42,578 nt of DNA from Candidatus Omnitrophota bacterium (GCA_015233235.1 JADFYD010000003.1:1-42578), one strand, 5' to 3'; positions 1-11,600 are shown, counted from the stretch's first letter. The notes: generated by a model not told the origin, from the letters alone. Numbers and translations are program-made.

Positions 1-75
1 ATCCTGCCGTTCCGTTTTTGTGAGCCTCAAAGAGAACGACGAAACTACTAAATTAAGCGCGGGGAGATAAGTCAC

Positions 76-555
76 ATGAAACTAACCGATTTGATCCAAC
101 TTGACACAATCTCAGTGGACCTGGAAGCGGACAAAAAAGAGGGTGTAATAAGCGAAATGGTTGACCTTTTAGTGAACTCCGGGAACATCAAAAAGAAAGA
201 CAGGGATGAAATACTGGAAAAGGTCAAGGAAAGAGAGCAGCTTGGTTCTACGGGAATAGGAAAAGGCATAGGTATACCGCATGCTAAAACGAGCGTAACC
301 AAAAAGATGGTGGCTGCGATCGGCATATCAAAAAAAGGCGTGGATTTTAAGTCCCTTGACGGGGAGCCCACGTACATTTTCTTCCTATTGGCGGCTCCGG
401 GGGATAACCCTGGTCCGCATCTTAAGGTGCTGTCCAGGATCTCAAGGCTTCTGGATGACAAATTCATACGAGAAAGACTTCGAGCGGCGAAGAACGGCAA
501 GGAAATTTTGGGTATAATAAGGGATGAGGAACAGAAGAACACGTTAATTATTTAA
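76..555 (+). CDS. ptsN: PTS EIIA(Ntr)-type regulatory protein (PtsN-like)
   Basis: 159-aa ORF with a PTS EIIA type-2 look, including a putative phospho-His in GIGIPHAK. An SD-like GGGGAG lies about 9 nt upstream of the ATG. It is followed by yvcK, ptsH and ptsI. Confidence 0.85.
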   Translation: MKLTDLIQLDTISVDLEADKKEGVISEMVDLLVNSGNIKKKDRDEILEKVKEREQLGSTGIGKGIGIPHAKTSVTKKMVAAIGISKKGVDFKSLDGEPTYIFFLLAAPGDNPGPHLKVLSRISRLLDDKFIRERLRAAKNGKEILGIIRDEEQKNTLII

Positions 556-586
556 CGAGTTTTTGCTGCTGAGTTAGGACAGTTTT

Positions 587-1828
587 ATGCAAAGATTGAA
601 GTGGCTTTATCCTGGCATGTTCGTGAAACGGTGGATCTCGCTTTCTGTTTTCGGGATCATCATGGTTTCAATGGGCTTTGTGATGATGATCTCCGAACCG
701 CGGTCCGGGAATAAAGCCATCGCAGGTGTCATTATCATACTTGGCATAATGGGTATGGTGTATGCCGTTAAGAGGATACTTAAGTCGTTCATGGCAGCGG
801 TATTGCCGGAGGAGCTTGATAGCGGTCTTCTCGACAGGATATACAAAAAAAGAGTTCTTGATAAAGGGCAGAAAATAGTCGTTGTCGGCGGCGGGACGGG
901 GCTCTCGACGCTTTTGAGCGGACTTAAGCATCACACGAGCAATTTGACCGCAATTGTAACGGTTTCCGATGATGGCGGTTCTTCCGGGAGACTGCGGGAA
1001 CAATTCGATGTTCCTCCGCCGGGAGATATAAGGAACTGTTTGGTTGCGTTGTCGGATTCAGAAGATCTCTTGAGGTCGCTTTTTCAGTTTCGTTTCCAGA
1101 ACGGTAAAGAGCTGGAAGGGCATAACTTCGGCAATTTGTTCATAACTGCGCTGTCTCAGATCACAGGAGATTTTGCCAAGGCCATTAAAGAATCGAGTAA
1201 GGTCCTTGCGATAAGAGGAAGAGTTTTTCCGGCCACTTTAGAGAAGATAAAACTAGTGGCGTTCAGGGAAGACGGGCGTTCTACGGTGGGAGAAAGCCGT
1301 ATACGGGAAGAAAAGGGCAGCCCAATCGATAGGATGCGGCTGATCCCGGAAGATTGTGAAGCCACACCGGAAACAGTGGAAGCGATAAAGCAGGCGGACA
1401 TGATAGTTTTAGGTCCGGGTAGCCTGTATTCAAGTGTTATGCCGAATCTATTGATCAAAGGTATCAGGGAAGAGATCATAAAGTCCAAGGCGTTTAAGGT
1501 GTATGTAGGCAATGTGATGACGGAAAACGGCGAAACCGACGGTTATACCATAAGCGACCACGCTAGGGCCATACTGAAACATACAGGCCCCGGGATACTG
1601 GATTTTTGCATCGCTAATATCACGCCCATACCTCAGCACCTGTATTCTAAATACAAGATGAAAGAGCAGTATCCGGTAGAGTTGGGGGCGCGGGACGTGG
1701 AATGGTTCAGACAGGAAAAAATAACGCTTATCAAAGCGCATATCGCGAGTATGGAAGAATTTGTCAGGCATGACCCGGTAAAATTGGCTAATGCCGTAGT
1801 GGATGTGTTTAATATTACGGGAAGATAA
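587..1828 (+). CDS. yvcK: YvcK/CofD-like gluconeogenesis-morphogenesis factor (UPF0052) with an N-terminal membrane anchor
   Basis: 413 aa. The VVVGGGTGLSTLLSGLK dinucleotide-binding-like motif, DDGGSSGRLR and GPGSLYSSV are typical of the YvcK/CofD family. The first ~65 aa contain two hydrophobic helices (ISLSVFGIIMVSMGFVMMI, AIAGVIIILGIMGMVYAV). Confidence 0.8.
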   Translation: MQRLKWLYPGMFVKRWISLSVFGIIMVSMGFVMMISEPRSGNKAIAGVIIILGIMGMVYAVKRILKSFMAAVLPEELDSGLLDRIYKKRVLDKGQKIVVVGGGTGLSTLLSGLKHHTSNLTAIVTVSDDGGSSGRLREQFDVPPPGDIRNCLVALSDSEDLLRSLFQFRFQNGKELEGHNFGNLFITALSQITGDFAKAIKESSKVLAIRGRVFPATLEKIKLVAFREDGRSTVGESRIREEKGSPIDRMRLIPEDCEATPETVEAIKQADMIVLGPGSLYSSVMPNLLIKGIREEIIKSKAFKVYVGNVMTENGETDGYTISDHARAILKHTGPGILDFCIANITPIPQHLYSKYKMKEQYPVELGARDVEWFRQEKITLIKAHIASMEEFVRHDPVKLANAVVDVFNITGR

Positions 1829-1829
1829 T

Positions 1830-2120
1830 ATGGTCATAAAAAAAGAAGTCACTATCAAGAATAAGTCCGGCCTTCATGCCAGACCGGCCGCGCTTTTTGT
1901 CCAGGCGGCGAATAAGTTCACGAGCGGGATACTCATAATAAAAGACGATCAGCAGGTCAACGGTAAATCCATTATGGGGATATTGATGCTTGCCGCGGAG
2001 AAAGGTTCTAAAATAACAATCGTGGCGGAAGGCGACGACGCCTTGAGGGCGGCAGAGGAACTATCGGCCATATTGGCCGGGGACATAGACACACTGGGTA
2101 TGACTGCTAAGACCGTATAA
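1830..2120 (+). CDS. ptsH: Phosphocarrier protein HPr
   Basis: MVIKKEVTIKNKSGLHARPAALFV carries the His15 motif GLHARPA. The Ser46-region-like NGKSIMGIL is also present. I placed the start at the internal ATG 1830, just after the yvcK stop, rather than the track start 1803. Confidence 0.9.
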   Translation: MVIKKEVTIKNKSGLHARPAALFVQAANKFTSGILIIKDDQQVNGKSIMGILMLAAEKGSKITIVAEGDDALRAAEELSAILAGDIDTLGMTAKTV

Positions 2121-2156
2121 GCGACAAAATTTAGCGTACGTTTAAAGGGTAGAGTT

Positions 2157-3938
2157 ATGGACAAAAAAACCGTAAAAAAACAATTGCAGCTTAAAGGTAT
2201 ACCGGCGGCGCCCGGGATAGTGATAGGCAAGGCGTTTATTTTTGGCGGGAACGATCTTGTACCCATCGAAAGAAAAATAGCCGACAAGGATATCCCCAGG
2301 GAAATAGAAAAATATAACAGTGTTATCCTTAAGACAAAGAAGGAAATACTTGAGATAGAGAAGAAAATTTCCGAGGAGTTGGGCGTAGAACACGGCAAGA
2401 TCTTCAGCGCGCATCTATTGGTTTTGGAAGATCCGGTTTTGATAGAAGAAGTGATAGCGCGTTTGAAAAAGCAGAAAAAGAACATCGAGATCATCTTTCA
2501 TGAGGTGCTGAATAAATACATCGACGTTTTGTCGGAGGCGAAAGACGAATATTTGAGGGACAGGATATCCGATATCATTGACGTCGGCAACAGGATCTTG
2601 CGCAATCTCATGGGCGCAGAAGGCAAAGGGCTTGATAGTCTGTCGGAGGAATCCGTCGTTATCGCGTATGACCTTTCCCCGTCAGATACAGCCATGATGC
2701 ACCGCGGGAAAGTACTGGGCTTCGCCACCGATATCGGCGGCAGGACGTCCCACACCGCGATCATGGCCAAATCTCTCGAAATACCGGCTGTTGTCGGTCT
2801 TGAAAACGTTACCGATGCCGTGCAGGACGGAGACACGATCATCGTTGACGGTAACCACGGCATAGTCATAGTGAACCCCACAAAAGCTTTCCTGGCGAAA
2901 TACCAGAAAGATAAGAAAAAATATGATCACATGGAAGAGGGACTGATAGAACTAAAGTTCCTGCCGAGCGAGACCAAAGACGGGAAAAAAATAAAACTTG
3001 CGGCTAATATAGAACTTGCCGAGGACGTTTCAAGCGTTCTTTTTCACGGCGCCGAAGGGATCGGCCTCTACAGGACCGAATATCTCTTCATGAATAGGAA
3101 CACTCTTCCCAGCGAAGAGGAACAGTTCAAAGCTTATAAACTTGTCGCGCAAAGGATGAAACCCAGCTATGTAACCATACGCACGCTTGACGTCGGCGGG
3201 GATAAATTTTTGTCGCAGCTGGATGTCCCAAGAGAAATGAACCCCTTTTTAGGGTGGAGAGCGATACGTTTTTGTCTGGCGAGGCCCGATATTTTCAAAA
3301 CACAGTTCAGGGCTATTTTGCGTGCGTCAGCTTTCGGAAAAATACGCCTGATGTATCCCATGATCTCGGGTGTAGGCGAGTTTGTGCAGGCCGGGGCTAT
3401 ACTCGAAGAGACAAAAAAAGAGCTCAGGAAGAAGCAGATATCGTTCGATGAAAATATCGAGGTCGGGGCCATGATAGAGGTTCCCTCGGCGGCTCTTACG
3501 AGCGGCATAATAGCGAGGGAAGCCGATTTCTTCTCAATAGGCACGAATGATCTGATACAATATTCCCTCGCGATAGACAGAGTGAACGAGAAGATCGCTT
3601 ATTTGTACGAGCCCGCGCACCCGGCCATACTGAACCTTATAAAAACGGTAATTGACAATGGACACAAAGAGGGTATTTCGGTCGGTCTTTGCGGTGAAAT
3701 GGGTAGCGATATAACTTTGACGATAGTGCTTCTGGGACTAGGGCTTGACGAACTTAGTGTTTCACCGATCGCCATACCGGAGATAAAGAAAGTTATTCGT
3801 TCCGTCAATTTCAGTGTCGCCAGGCAAATAGCCGACGAAATAATAAGAATGTCGACGGGTGAAGAGATACATAAATTCGCGACAAATAAGATGAAAGAGC
3901 TTGTGCCAGAGATAGCGACGGAGCTGGGGATCGAGTAA
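2157..3938 (+). CDS. ptsI: Phosphoenolpyruvate-protein phosphotransferase (PTS Enzyme I)
   Basis: 593 aa. It has the active-site His region GGRTSHTAIMAKSLEIPAVVG. The C-terminal PEP-utilising TIM barrel shows RTLDVGGDK and FFSIGTNDLIQY. Confidence 0.95.
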   Translation: MDKKTVKKQLQLKGIPAAPGIVIGKAFIFGGNDLVPIERKIADKDIPREIEKYNSVILKTKKEILEIEKKISEELGVEHGKIFSAHLLVLEDPVLIEEVIARLKKQKKNIEIIFHEVLNKYIDVLSEAKDEYLRDRISDIIDVGNRILRNLMGAEGKGLDSLSEESVVIAYDLSPSDTAMMHRGKVLGFATDIGGRTSHTAIMAKSLEIPAVVGLENVTDAVQDGDTIIVDGNHGIVIVNPTKAFLAKYQKDKKKYDHMEEGLIELKFLPSETKDGKKIKLAANIELAEDVSSVLFHGAEGIGLYRTEYLFMNRNTLPSEEEQFKAYKLVAQRMKPSYVTIRTLDVGGDKFLSQLDVPREMNPFLGWRAIRFCLARPDIFKTQFRAILRASAFGKIRLMYPMISGVGEFVQAGAILEETKKELRKKQISFDENIEVGAMIEVPSAALTSGIIAREADFFSIGTNDLIQYSLAIDRVNEKIAYLYEPAHPAILNLIKTVIDNGHKEGISVGLCGEMGSDITLTIVLLGLGLDELSVSPIAIPEIKKVIRSVNFSVARQIADEIIRMSTGEEIHKFATNKMKELVPEIATELGIE

Positions 3939-3950
3939 TATGTGCAGAAA

Positions 3951-3964
3951 GTCGTAAGTCGAAA
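3951..3964 (+). repeat. Two-copy heptamer repeat GTCGTAA GTCGAAA in the ptsI / nucleotidyltransferase spacer
   Basis: Read directly. The unit resembles the GTCGTTR units at 36183-36277. Confidence 0.5.
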
Positions 3965-3987
3965 ATCTATTAAATAAAGGTGATTAG

Positions 3988-4731
3988 ATGAAAGGACTGA
4001 TACTTGCTGGCGGATACGGTACGAGGTTATATCCCCTGACTATCGACATTCCTAAGCCTCTCTTGGAAGTTGCGGGGAAAAGCATACTTACCAGGCTTTT
4101 AGAAAAATTGGAACAGGTTCCTTCGTGCAATGAGATATACATCGTCACTAACGCGAAATTTTATGAAAAGCTCGAATCGTGGAGAATTAAGAGCAAATTT
4201 CGCTTTCCGGTGTCGATAGTGAACGATATGACTACTTCTAACGATGACAGATTAGGCGCGATAGGGGACATAAATCTTGTTCTAGGGGCGAAAAAACCTC
4301 ATGAGGATATTGTGATCATGGCGGGGGACAATCTTTTTGAATTCGATATCAGGGATTTTGTAAAATTTTCCGAAGAGAAAAAGGGCCTTTCTGTGGCCTT
4401 ATTCGACGTTTCAGATAAAGAGCTTGCCAAACGATACGGTATCGTTTCCGTGGATAAAAATTCGAAAATAACTAATTTTCAGGAAAAGCCCGCTTTACCG
4501 CAATCCACGCTCGCCTCGACCGGCATTTATTACCTGCCTGGGAGCAAGATCACCAGAATAGGCGAGTACATGAAAACGAGTAATTCCAAGGACGCTCCCG
4601 GCAATTTCGTCAGATGGATGTCTGAGACCGAAGGCGCTTTTGGGTTTGTTTTTACCCAAGGCTGGTACGATATCGGGGACATTCTCTCTTATGAAAGGGC
4701 GAATGCCGAGTATAAAACAAAAAAAATATAA
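3988..4731 (+). CDS. Sugar-phosphate nucleotidyltransferase (NDP-sugar pyrophosphorylase family)
   Basis: 247 aa. The N-terminal MKGLILAGGYGTRLYPLT...PKPLL signature matches the NTP_transferase family. Sugar specificity cannot be read from the sequence. Confidence 0.75.
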   Translation: MKGLILAGGYGTRLYPLTIDIPKPLLEVAGKSILTRLLEKLEQVPSCNEIYIVTNAKFYEKLESWRIKSKFRFPVSIVNDMTTSNDDRLGAIGDINLVLGAKKPHEDIVIMAGDNLFEFDIRDFVKFSEEKKGLSVALFDVSDKELAKRYGIVSVDKNSKITNFQEKPALPQSTLASTGIYYLPGSKITRIGEYMKTSNSKDAPGNFVRWMSETEGAFGFVFTQGWYDIGDILSYERANAEYKTKKI

Positions 4732-4774
4732 CGCGGGCGTTTTAATCTAAACTAAACAAGGAGAAAGGACTAAC

Positions 4775-7257
<2,483 letters not shown>

Positions 7258-7262
7258 GTTTT

Positions 7263-8360
7263 ATGAGAACGTTTGACAGATATATACTGAAAGAGTTGGC
7301 GGGACCTTTCTTTTCTTCTCTTTTGGTATCTTCCCTTATTCTTGCAGCCGGCAATATTATTCAGACGATCGATATGATCATCAACAAAGGCGTAGAGCCG
7401 ATGTATGTCATTAAGATCTTCCTGTATTTCCTGCCGTATGTGCTTATTTTCACTATACCCATTTCGGTGCTTTCGGCTGTTTTATTAGGTTTCGGAAGGC
7501 TCTCCGGCGATAACGAAGTGACGGCGATCAGGACCAGCGGCACAAGCTTGAAGAACATTCTGGTCCCGGTCATCGTTTGCGGTTTTGTGATCAGCCTTCT
7601 GAATATTCCCCTCAACGATAAGATCCTTCCGCAGTCCGAATATGGAGCCAGAAAACTGCTACGCCGGATGACTGTGAAACATCCCGCGGCGCTTTTAGAA
7701 CCCGGTGTTTTTATAAAAGGCTTCAAGGATTATGTGGTTTTCGTACACGGCGTATCCGGCAATAAACTTTCGGATATACGCATTTATAAGCCTTCCGAGG
7801 GTGAGGGCCCGACAAGAACGGTGATCGCCAGGAAAGGGGAGATAATATCCATACCGGATAGGAATAGCATAAAACTGAGGTTGGAAAACGGTAGCGCGGA
7901 TGAGATCGACCCGAAAAAACCGGAAGAATTTTATAAAGTCGCTTTCGCGGAATATCAGATGACACTTTCGCTGGATGACGCTCCTGGAACTAAGACGATC
8001 GACAAAAAAACCCGGGAAAAAAGCGTAAAAGAGCTGTTATCCGAGATAAAGACCATGAAAGGCATGGAAGGAGCGGATGTCCCGCTAAAAATAGAATTGC
8101 ATAAGAAATTCGCCCTGGCGTTCTCGAACCTTGTCTTTGTTCTGGTAGGCATACCGCTCGCCATAAAAACACATCGCCGTGAAAAATTCATAGGTTTTGG
8201 TTTTGCTATGGGACTTTTCCTTCTCTACTGGGGAATAATGCTGACGGGGATAGCTTTTGCCATACGTTCGGTTGTTGCGCCATGGCTGGGCGTGTGGTCG
8301 GCGAACATAATACTTGTATGTTTCGCGGCAGTGTTGTATCGAAAATTCATTTTAGAGTGA
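7263..8360 (+). CDS. LptF/LptG-family (YjgP/YjgQ) LPS export permease
   Basis: The N-terminal MRTFDRYILKEL motif, six predicted TM segments and a central periplasmic beta-jellyroll-like region fit the family. I chose ATG 7263, 6 nt after the ahcY stop. It is paired with a second family member downstream. Confidence 0.75.
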   Translation: MRTFDRYILKELAGPFFSSLLVSSLILAAGNIIQTIDMIINKGVEPMYVIKIFLYFLPYVLIFTIPISVLSAVLLGFGRLSGDNEVTAIRTSGTSLKNILVPVIVCGFVISLLNIPLNDKILPQSEYGARKLLRRMTVKHPAALLEPGVFIKGFKDYVVFVHGVSGNKLSDIRIYKPSEGEGPTRTVIARKGEIISIPDRNSIKLRLENGSADEIDPKKPEEFYKVAFAEYQMTLSLDDAPGTKTIDKKTREKSVKELLSEIKTMKGMEGADVPLKIELHKKFALAFSNLVFVLVGIPLAIKTHRREKFIGFGFAMGLFLLYWGIMLTGIAFAIRSVVAPWLGVWSANIILVCFAAVLYRKFILE

Positions 8361-8364
8361 TATT

Positions 8365-9459
8365 ATGCGAATATTGCAAAAATCGGTATTTTGGGAATAT
8401 TTCACCGCTTTTATATTTTCGGCGATGCTCCTCATAGTTCTTGGCATCATCGGCGATGTTTTGGGTTTTCTGGACGATATTTTTAAGAACAATATCCCGC
8501 TTGCCAGTGTTTTCAGCTTCTACCTGAATTTTTTGCCGTTTGCTTTTGTGAATATGGTACCGTTCGCGTGTCTTCTGGCTGGCGTGTTCGTTTTTAGTAA
8601 CCTCAGCAAAAATCATGAAGTGGTGGCTATTATCACTAACGGCATAAGCATTTGGTCGGTGGTCAGGCCCATCATGTTCCTGACCTTTATCATATGCCTG
8701 GTAACTTTTATTGTGAACGAAAAAGTCGTACCGTCCACGCTGGATAAAGCCGAACAGATAAAACATCAGGAACTGGAATCGGTGAAATACAAAGCTTCAA
8801 AGACCGTAATACGCAATTTTTCCATTTACGGCGAGGGGGATCTCCTTATTTTCGCGAAAAAATATTATCCTTACGAAAATAAATTGGAAGACGTTATCAT
8901 ATACAAACAAAATGAGCAACAGGTCGTGACATCTAAGATAAACGCGAGAATTTCAGAATGGAACAGGAAGGGGCATTTTTGGATGGCTTTCGATTGTCTG
9001 GTATTCAACCTTGACGAGAACGGCAAATTCGTTGGGGAACCTCAAACTCTGAAAACCATGAAATTACCGGTCAAGGAAACCCCGCTCGAATTTCTTAGGG
9101 GCAAACATGACCCGAAACTCATGAACTACGCGGACTTGAAAAGATACATCATGCTTTTAAGCAAGAATTCCCCTTCTTCCGCAACGCGGCTTATTGTGGA
9201 CCTGAACTATAAAATAGCTTTCCCCTTTACGGCCCTTGTTACGGTTATGATGGGCATACCTTTTTGCATTTCAGTGGGCAGAGTGAACACGCTTGTCGGA
9301 ATGGCAAAAGGCATAGTCTGCGCTTTTACGTATGTTCCCGTCATGGCGGTATGCCTCGCGTTGGGTAAAAGCGGGGTCTTGAACCCGTATCTCGCGTCCT
9401 GGCTTGCCATGGCGGTTTTCGGTCTCGCCGGTATAATACTCATCAGCCGTGTAAGTTAA
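8365..9459 (+). CDS. LptF/LptG-family (YjgP/YjgQ) LPS export permease, second subunit
   Basis: 364 aa with the same architecture as the upstream gene. The start lies 5 nt after the previous stop. Confidence 0.75.
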   Translation: MRILQKSVFWEYFTAFIFSAMLLIVLGIIGDVLGFLDDIFKNNIPLASVFSFYLNFLPFAFVNMVPFACLLAGVFVFSNLSKNHEVVAIITNGISIWSVVRPIMFLTFIICLVTFIVNEKVVPSTLDKAEQIKHQELESVKYKASKTVIRNFSIYGEGDLLIFAKKYYPYENKLEDVIIYKQNEQQVVTSKINARISEWNRKGHFWMAFDCLVFNLDENGKFVGEPQTLKTMKLPVKETPLEFLRGKHDPKLMNYADLKRYIMLLSKNSPSSATRLIVDLNYKIAFPFTALVTVMMGIPFCISVGRVNTLVGMAKGIVCAFTYVPVMAVCLALGKSGVLNPYLASWLAMAVFGLAGIILISRVS

Positions 9460-10127
9460 GTTATTTGGTCTCTTCGGAAAGTTTTTGCGAGCGTTAAACC
9501 GTATACTTTTGTGGCGCCGTTCGTGATGAGCGTTTCGGCGCATGCTTCAAGGGTTGAGCCAGTGGTTATGACGTCATCCACGAGAAGTATGCTTTTGCCG
9601 TCGATGGCACTTCTATCCGGTATTCCAAAACTTCTTTTTAGGTTTTCCATTCTTTCTTTTTTGTTGAGGTACTTTTGGGAGTGTGTGTGCCTTGTCTTTA
9701 TTAAAACTCCGGCAAGAAGCGGCTGTTTAATGATCTCCCGCACTATCCGGGCGAGTATTTCTGCCTGATTAAACCCTCTCTCGAGTAATTGCGCTCGTGA
9801 AATAGGGATAGGAACTATCGCGTCAAAATGCTCAAAGGCCAACGGATGGGCGTCGAGGTTTTGAGTTATAATATGTTCGAAAAAATAGCGGATGGATGCT
9901 TTATTTCGATCCTTCATCTGCAGCACATATTTTTTTATGGGATTCTCATATGGGCAGCATGAACGCACGCTTTCCAGGTTTTCCAAACCTCGTGTTTCGA
10001 TAAAAGTTCTAAAGTCTATTTTCTCCACGCATCCGGCGCAGATGGGGAACGGATTGTCATAAACCGACATTCCGCAACCTCCGCATCTTGATGGAAGAAT
10101 GAAATTTAGCAATTGAGCGACTGTCAT
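9456..10127 (-). CDS. comF: ComF-family protein (amidophosphoribosyltransferase-like, ComFC)
   Basis: 223 aa. N-terminal Cys4 zinc-finger-like CGGCG...CAGC and the C-terminal PRTase motif ILLVDDVITTGST are present. SD GGAGG lies upstream of the ATG. Confidence 0.8.
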   Translation of the reverse strand: MTVAQLLNFILPSRCGGCGMSVYDNPFPICAGCVEKIDFRTFIETRGLENLESVRSCCPYENPIKKYVLQMKDRNKASIRYFFEHIITQNLDAHPLAFEHFDAIVPIPISRAQLLERGFNQAEILARIVREIIKQPLLAGVLIKTRHTHSQKYLNKKERMENLKRSFGIPDRSAIDGKSILLVDDVITTGSTLEACAETLITNGATKVYGLTLAKTFRRDQIT

Positions 10128-10142
10128 GCTACCTCCATTGTA

Positions 10143-10164
10143 CTTTGAACTCTGAACTTTGAAC
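10143..10164 (-). repeat. Heptamer tandem array (GTTCAAA GTTCAGA GTTCAAA on the minus strand) in the comF leader
   Basis: The plus strand reads CTTTGAA CTCTGAA CTTTGAA. The unit and sense orientation relative to the downstream gene match the ahcY array. Confidence 0.8.
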
Positions 10165-10177
10165 TAAACCCCCTACT

Positions 10178-10215
10178 TATATAGACAAAAAAACCGCCCT
10201 GTTTCGTTCAAAAAA
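10178..10215 (-). promoter_or_regulatory. Conserved bipartite motif, copy A (TATATAGACAA-N12-GTTTCGTTCAAAAAA on the plus strand)
   Basis: See copy B. This copy lies in the comF / doxX divergent intergenic region. Confidence 0.55.
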
Positions 10216-10238
10216 TCTGCAAAAAACTCAAAATACCT

Positions 10239-10266
10239 TTGCATTTGAAGTTCAATGGGTTAGAAT
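10239..10266 (+). promoter_or_regulatory. Sigma70-type promoter for doxX
   Basis: TTGCAT (10239-10244), a 16-nt spacer, then TAGAAT (10261-10266). This lies ~30 nt upstream of ATG 10296. Confidence 0.5.
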
Positions 10267-10295
10267 TATAACTGCAAGTGTGGAGGCTACATATC

Positions 10296-10703
10296 ATGAA
10301 AGAAAAAACGGCGAAAGATCTTTCCCTTTTTGTGCTGAGGCTGGGGTTGGGGGCTATTTTTCTGGCCCATGGGGCGCAGAATCTTTTTGGTATGTTCGGA
10401 GGCGTGGGGATAGAGGGCACCACCAAAATGATGGAAAGCTTGGGTTTTTCTTATCCCTACTATTCCGCTATCGTGTGGTCTTGCGCGGAATTTTTCGGCG
10501 GAATGTTTCTTATTATGGGATTTTTCGCCAGAATATCGGCGATTCTTATCGCAGCCCTTCTCGTAGTCAGCATATATAAAATAAATTTTTCCAACGGGTT
10601 TTTTATACAGAACGGAGGTTATGAATTTGATCTTCTTATGATCATAGGTTGCGCCCAGATCGCCTTCATGGGCGGAGGCAACTGGTCGCTTTGGGATCTA
10701 TAA
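10296..10703 (+). CDS. DoxX-family membrane protein
   Basis: LRLGLGAIFLAHGAQNLFG plus four hydrophobic helices typify DoxX. I chose ATG 10296, 9 nt after SD GGAGG (10282-10286). Confidence 0.8.
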   Translation: MKEKTAKDLSLFVLRLGLGAIFLAHGAQNLFGMFGGVGIEGTTKMMESLGFSYPYYSAIVWSCAEFFGGMFLIMGFFARISAILIAALLVVSIYKINFSNGFFIQNGGYEFDLLMIIGCAQIAFMGGGNWSLWDL

Positions 10704-10733
10704 CCCGGGTACGCAAGAGACAGAGGACACAAA

Positions 10734-11591
10734 ATGACGGATAAGACCGATACACGAAGGATTTTCGGCGCGAAAGTGATCATTGGCGTTTTAGCGGCGC
10801 TTGTTCTTGTCATAGGGGTTTTGGCCGCTTTTGTACTGCCCGAAAGAACGACCCCGATACTCATGTACCACTCGATCTCGGGATTCGGGAACGCATCAAC
10901 CACCGTGTCTCCCGAAAACTTCAAAAAGCAGATGGAATTCCTGTATTATCACGATTACAGGGTCATATCCCTGGAGAGCCTTGTGGCGGAGATAAAAAAA
11001 GGACACAGGTACCTGCCGAAGGTGGTCGTGATAACCTTCGACGACGGATACGAGGATAATTTTACCAATGCTTTTCCCGTGCTGGCGAAATACAACATGC
11101 CGGCCACGATATTCATCATAACGGGTTTTGTCGGTACCGATAATGCCGCTCTTGAATGGGATCCGGATAGACAATTCAATGTCCGTAAAAGATATCTGAC
11201 ATGGGAACAGGTCTCACTGATGCACAGGAACGGCCTTACGTTCGGGGCGCATTCGCGGGAGCATGCGTATCTTCCGTCCATTACCGACGACAAAAAACTT
11301 CTGCAGGAAATATTAGGGCCCAAAGCCGACATCAAACTAAAAGTGGGGCTGGACGCGGAATTTTTCTGTTATCCGCTGGGAGGATTTACCGAGAAGGTAA
11401 AAAAAGCCGTTAAAGGCGCAGGGTACACGGCGGCTTTTACCACTAACCGTGGGTATGACCGCACCAATGCGGACCTATATGAACTTAAACGGATAAAAGT
11501 GACTAATTCCGACATGAATAGTCCGTTGCATTTCAGGGCGAAGCTGTCAGGTTTTTATAATTTATTTCGCAGTTCAAAAAAAGGGTCCTAG
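10734..11591 (+). CDS. Polysaccharide deacetylase (NodB homology domain) with N-terminal TM anchor
   Basis: The NodB motifs ITFDDGYEDN and GAHSREH are present. The N-terminal hydrophobic segment is VIIGVLAALVLVIGVLAAFVL. Confidence 0.8.
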   Translation: MTDKTDTRRIFGAKVIIGVLAALVLVIGVLAAFVLPERTTPILMYHSISGFGNASTTVSPENFKKQMEFLYYHDYRVISLESLVAEIKKGHRYLPKVVVITFDDGYEDNFTNAFPVLAKYNMPATIFIITGFVGTDNAALEWDPDRQFNVRKRYLTWEQVSLMHRNGLTFGAHSREHAYLPSITDDKKLLQEILGPKADIKLKVGLDAEFFCYPLGGFTEKVKKAVKGAGYTAAFTTNRGYDRTNADLYELKRIKVTNSDMNSPLHFRAKLSGFYNLFRSSKKGS

Positions 11592-11600
11592 GAGACGTAT

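Noticed and set aside
1-75. A possible 3' end of an upstream gene (hpf or rpoN would be expected before ptsN).
   Set aside because: Only 16-22 codons are visible in any frame and none carries a diagnostic motif. Not callable.
10178-10215. Reading the shared bipartite motif as a bona fide ECF sigma promoter (TGAAC / GTCTA).
   Set aside because: The distance between the AAC and TCT elements is 15 or 20 nt depending on which AAC is used. I recall about 18 nt for sigmaE-type promoters. It is kept as an unexplained conserved motif rather than a called ECF promoter.
10280-10579. A 99-aa ORF in an alternative frame within the DoxX gene, and similar same-strand overlapping ORFs (e.g. 13405-13800, 19227-19520, 20317-20604, 31713-32090).
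   Set aside because: They are Arg/Gly/Ser-rich off-frame translations of genes whose main frame shows clear family motifs. They have no independent start signals.
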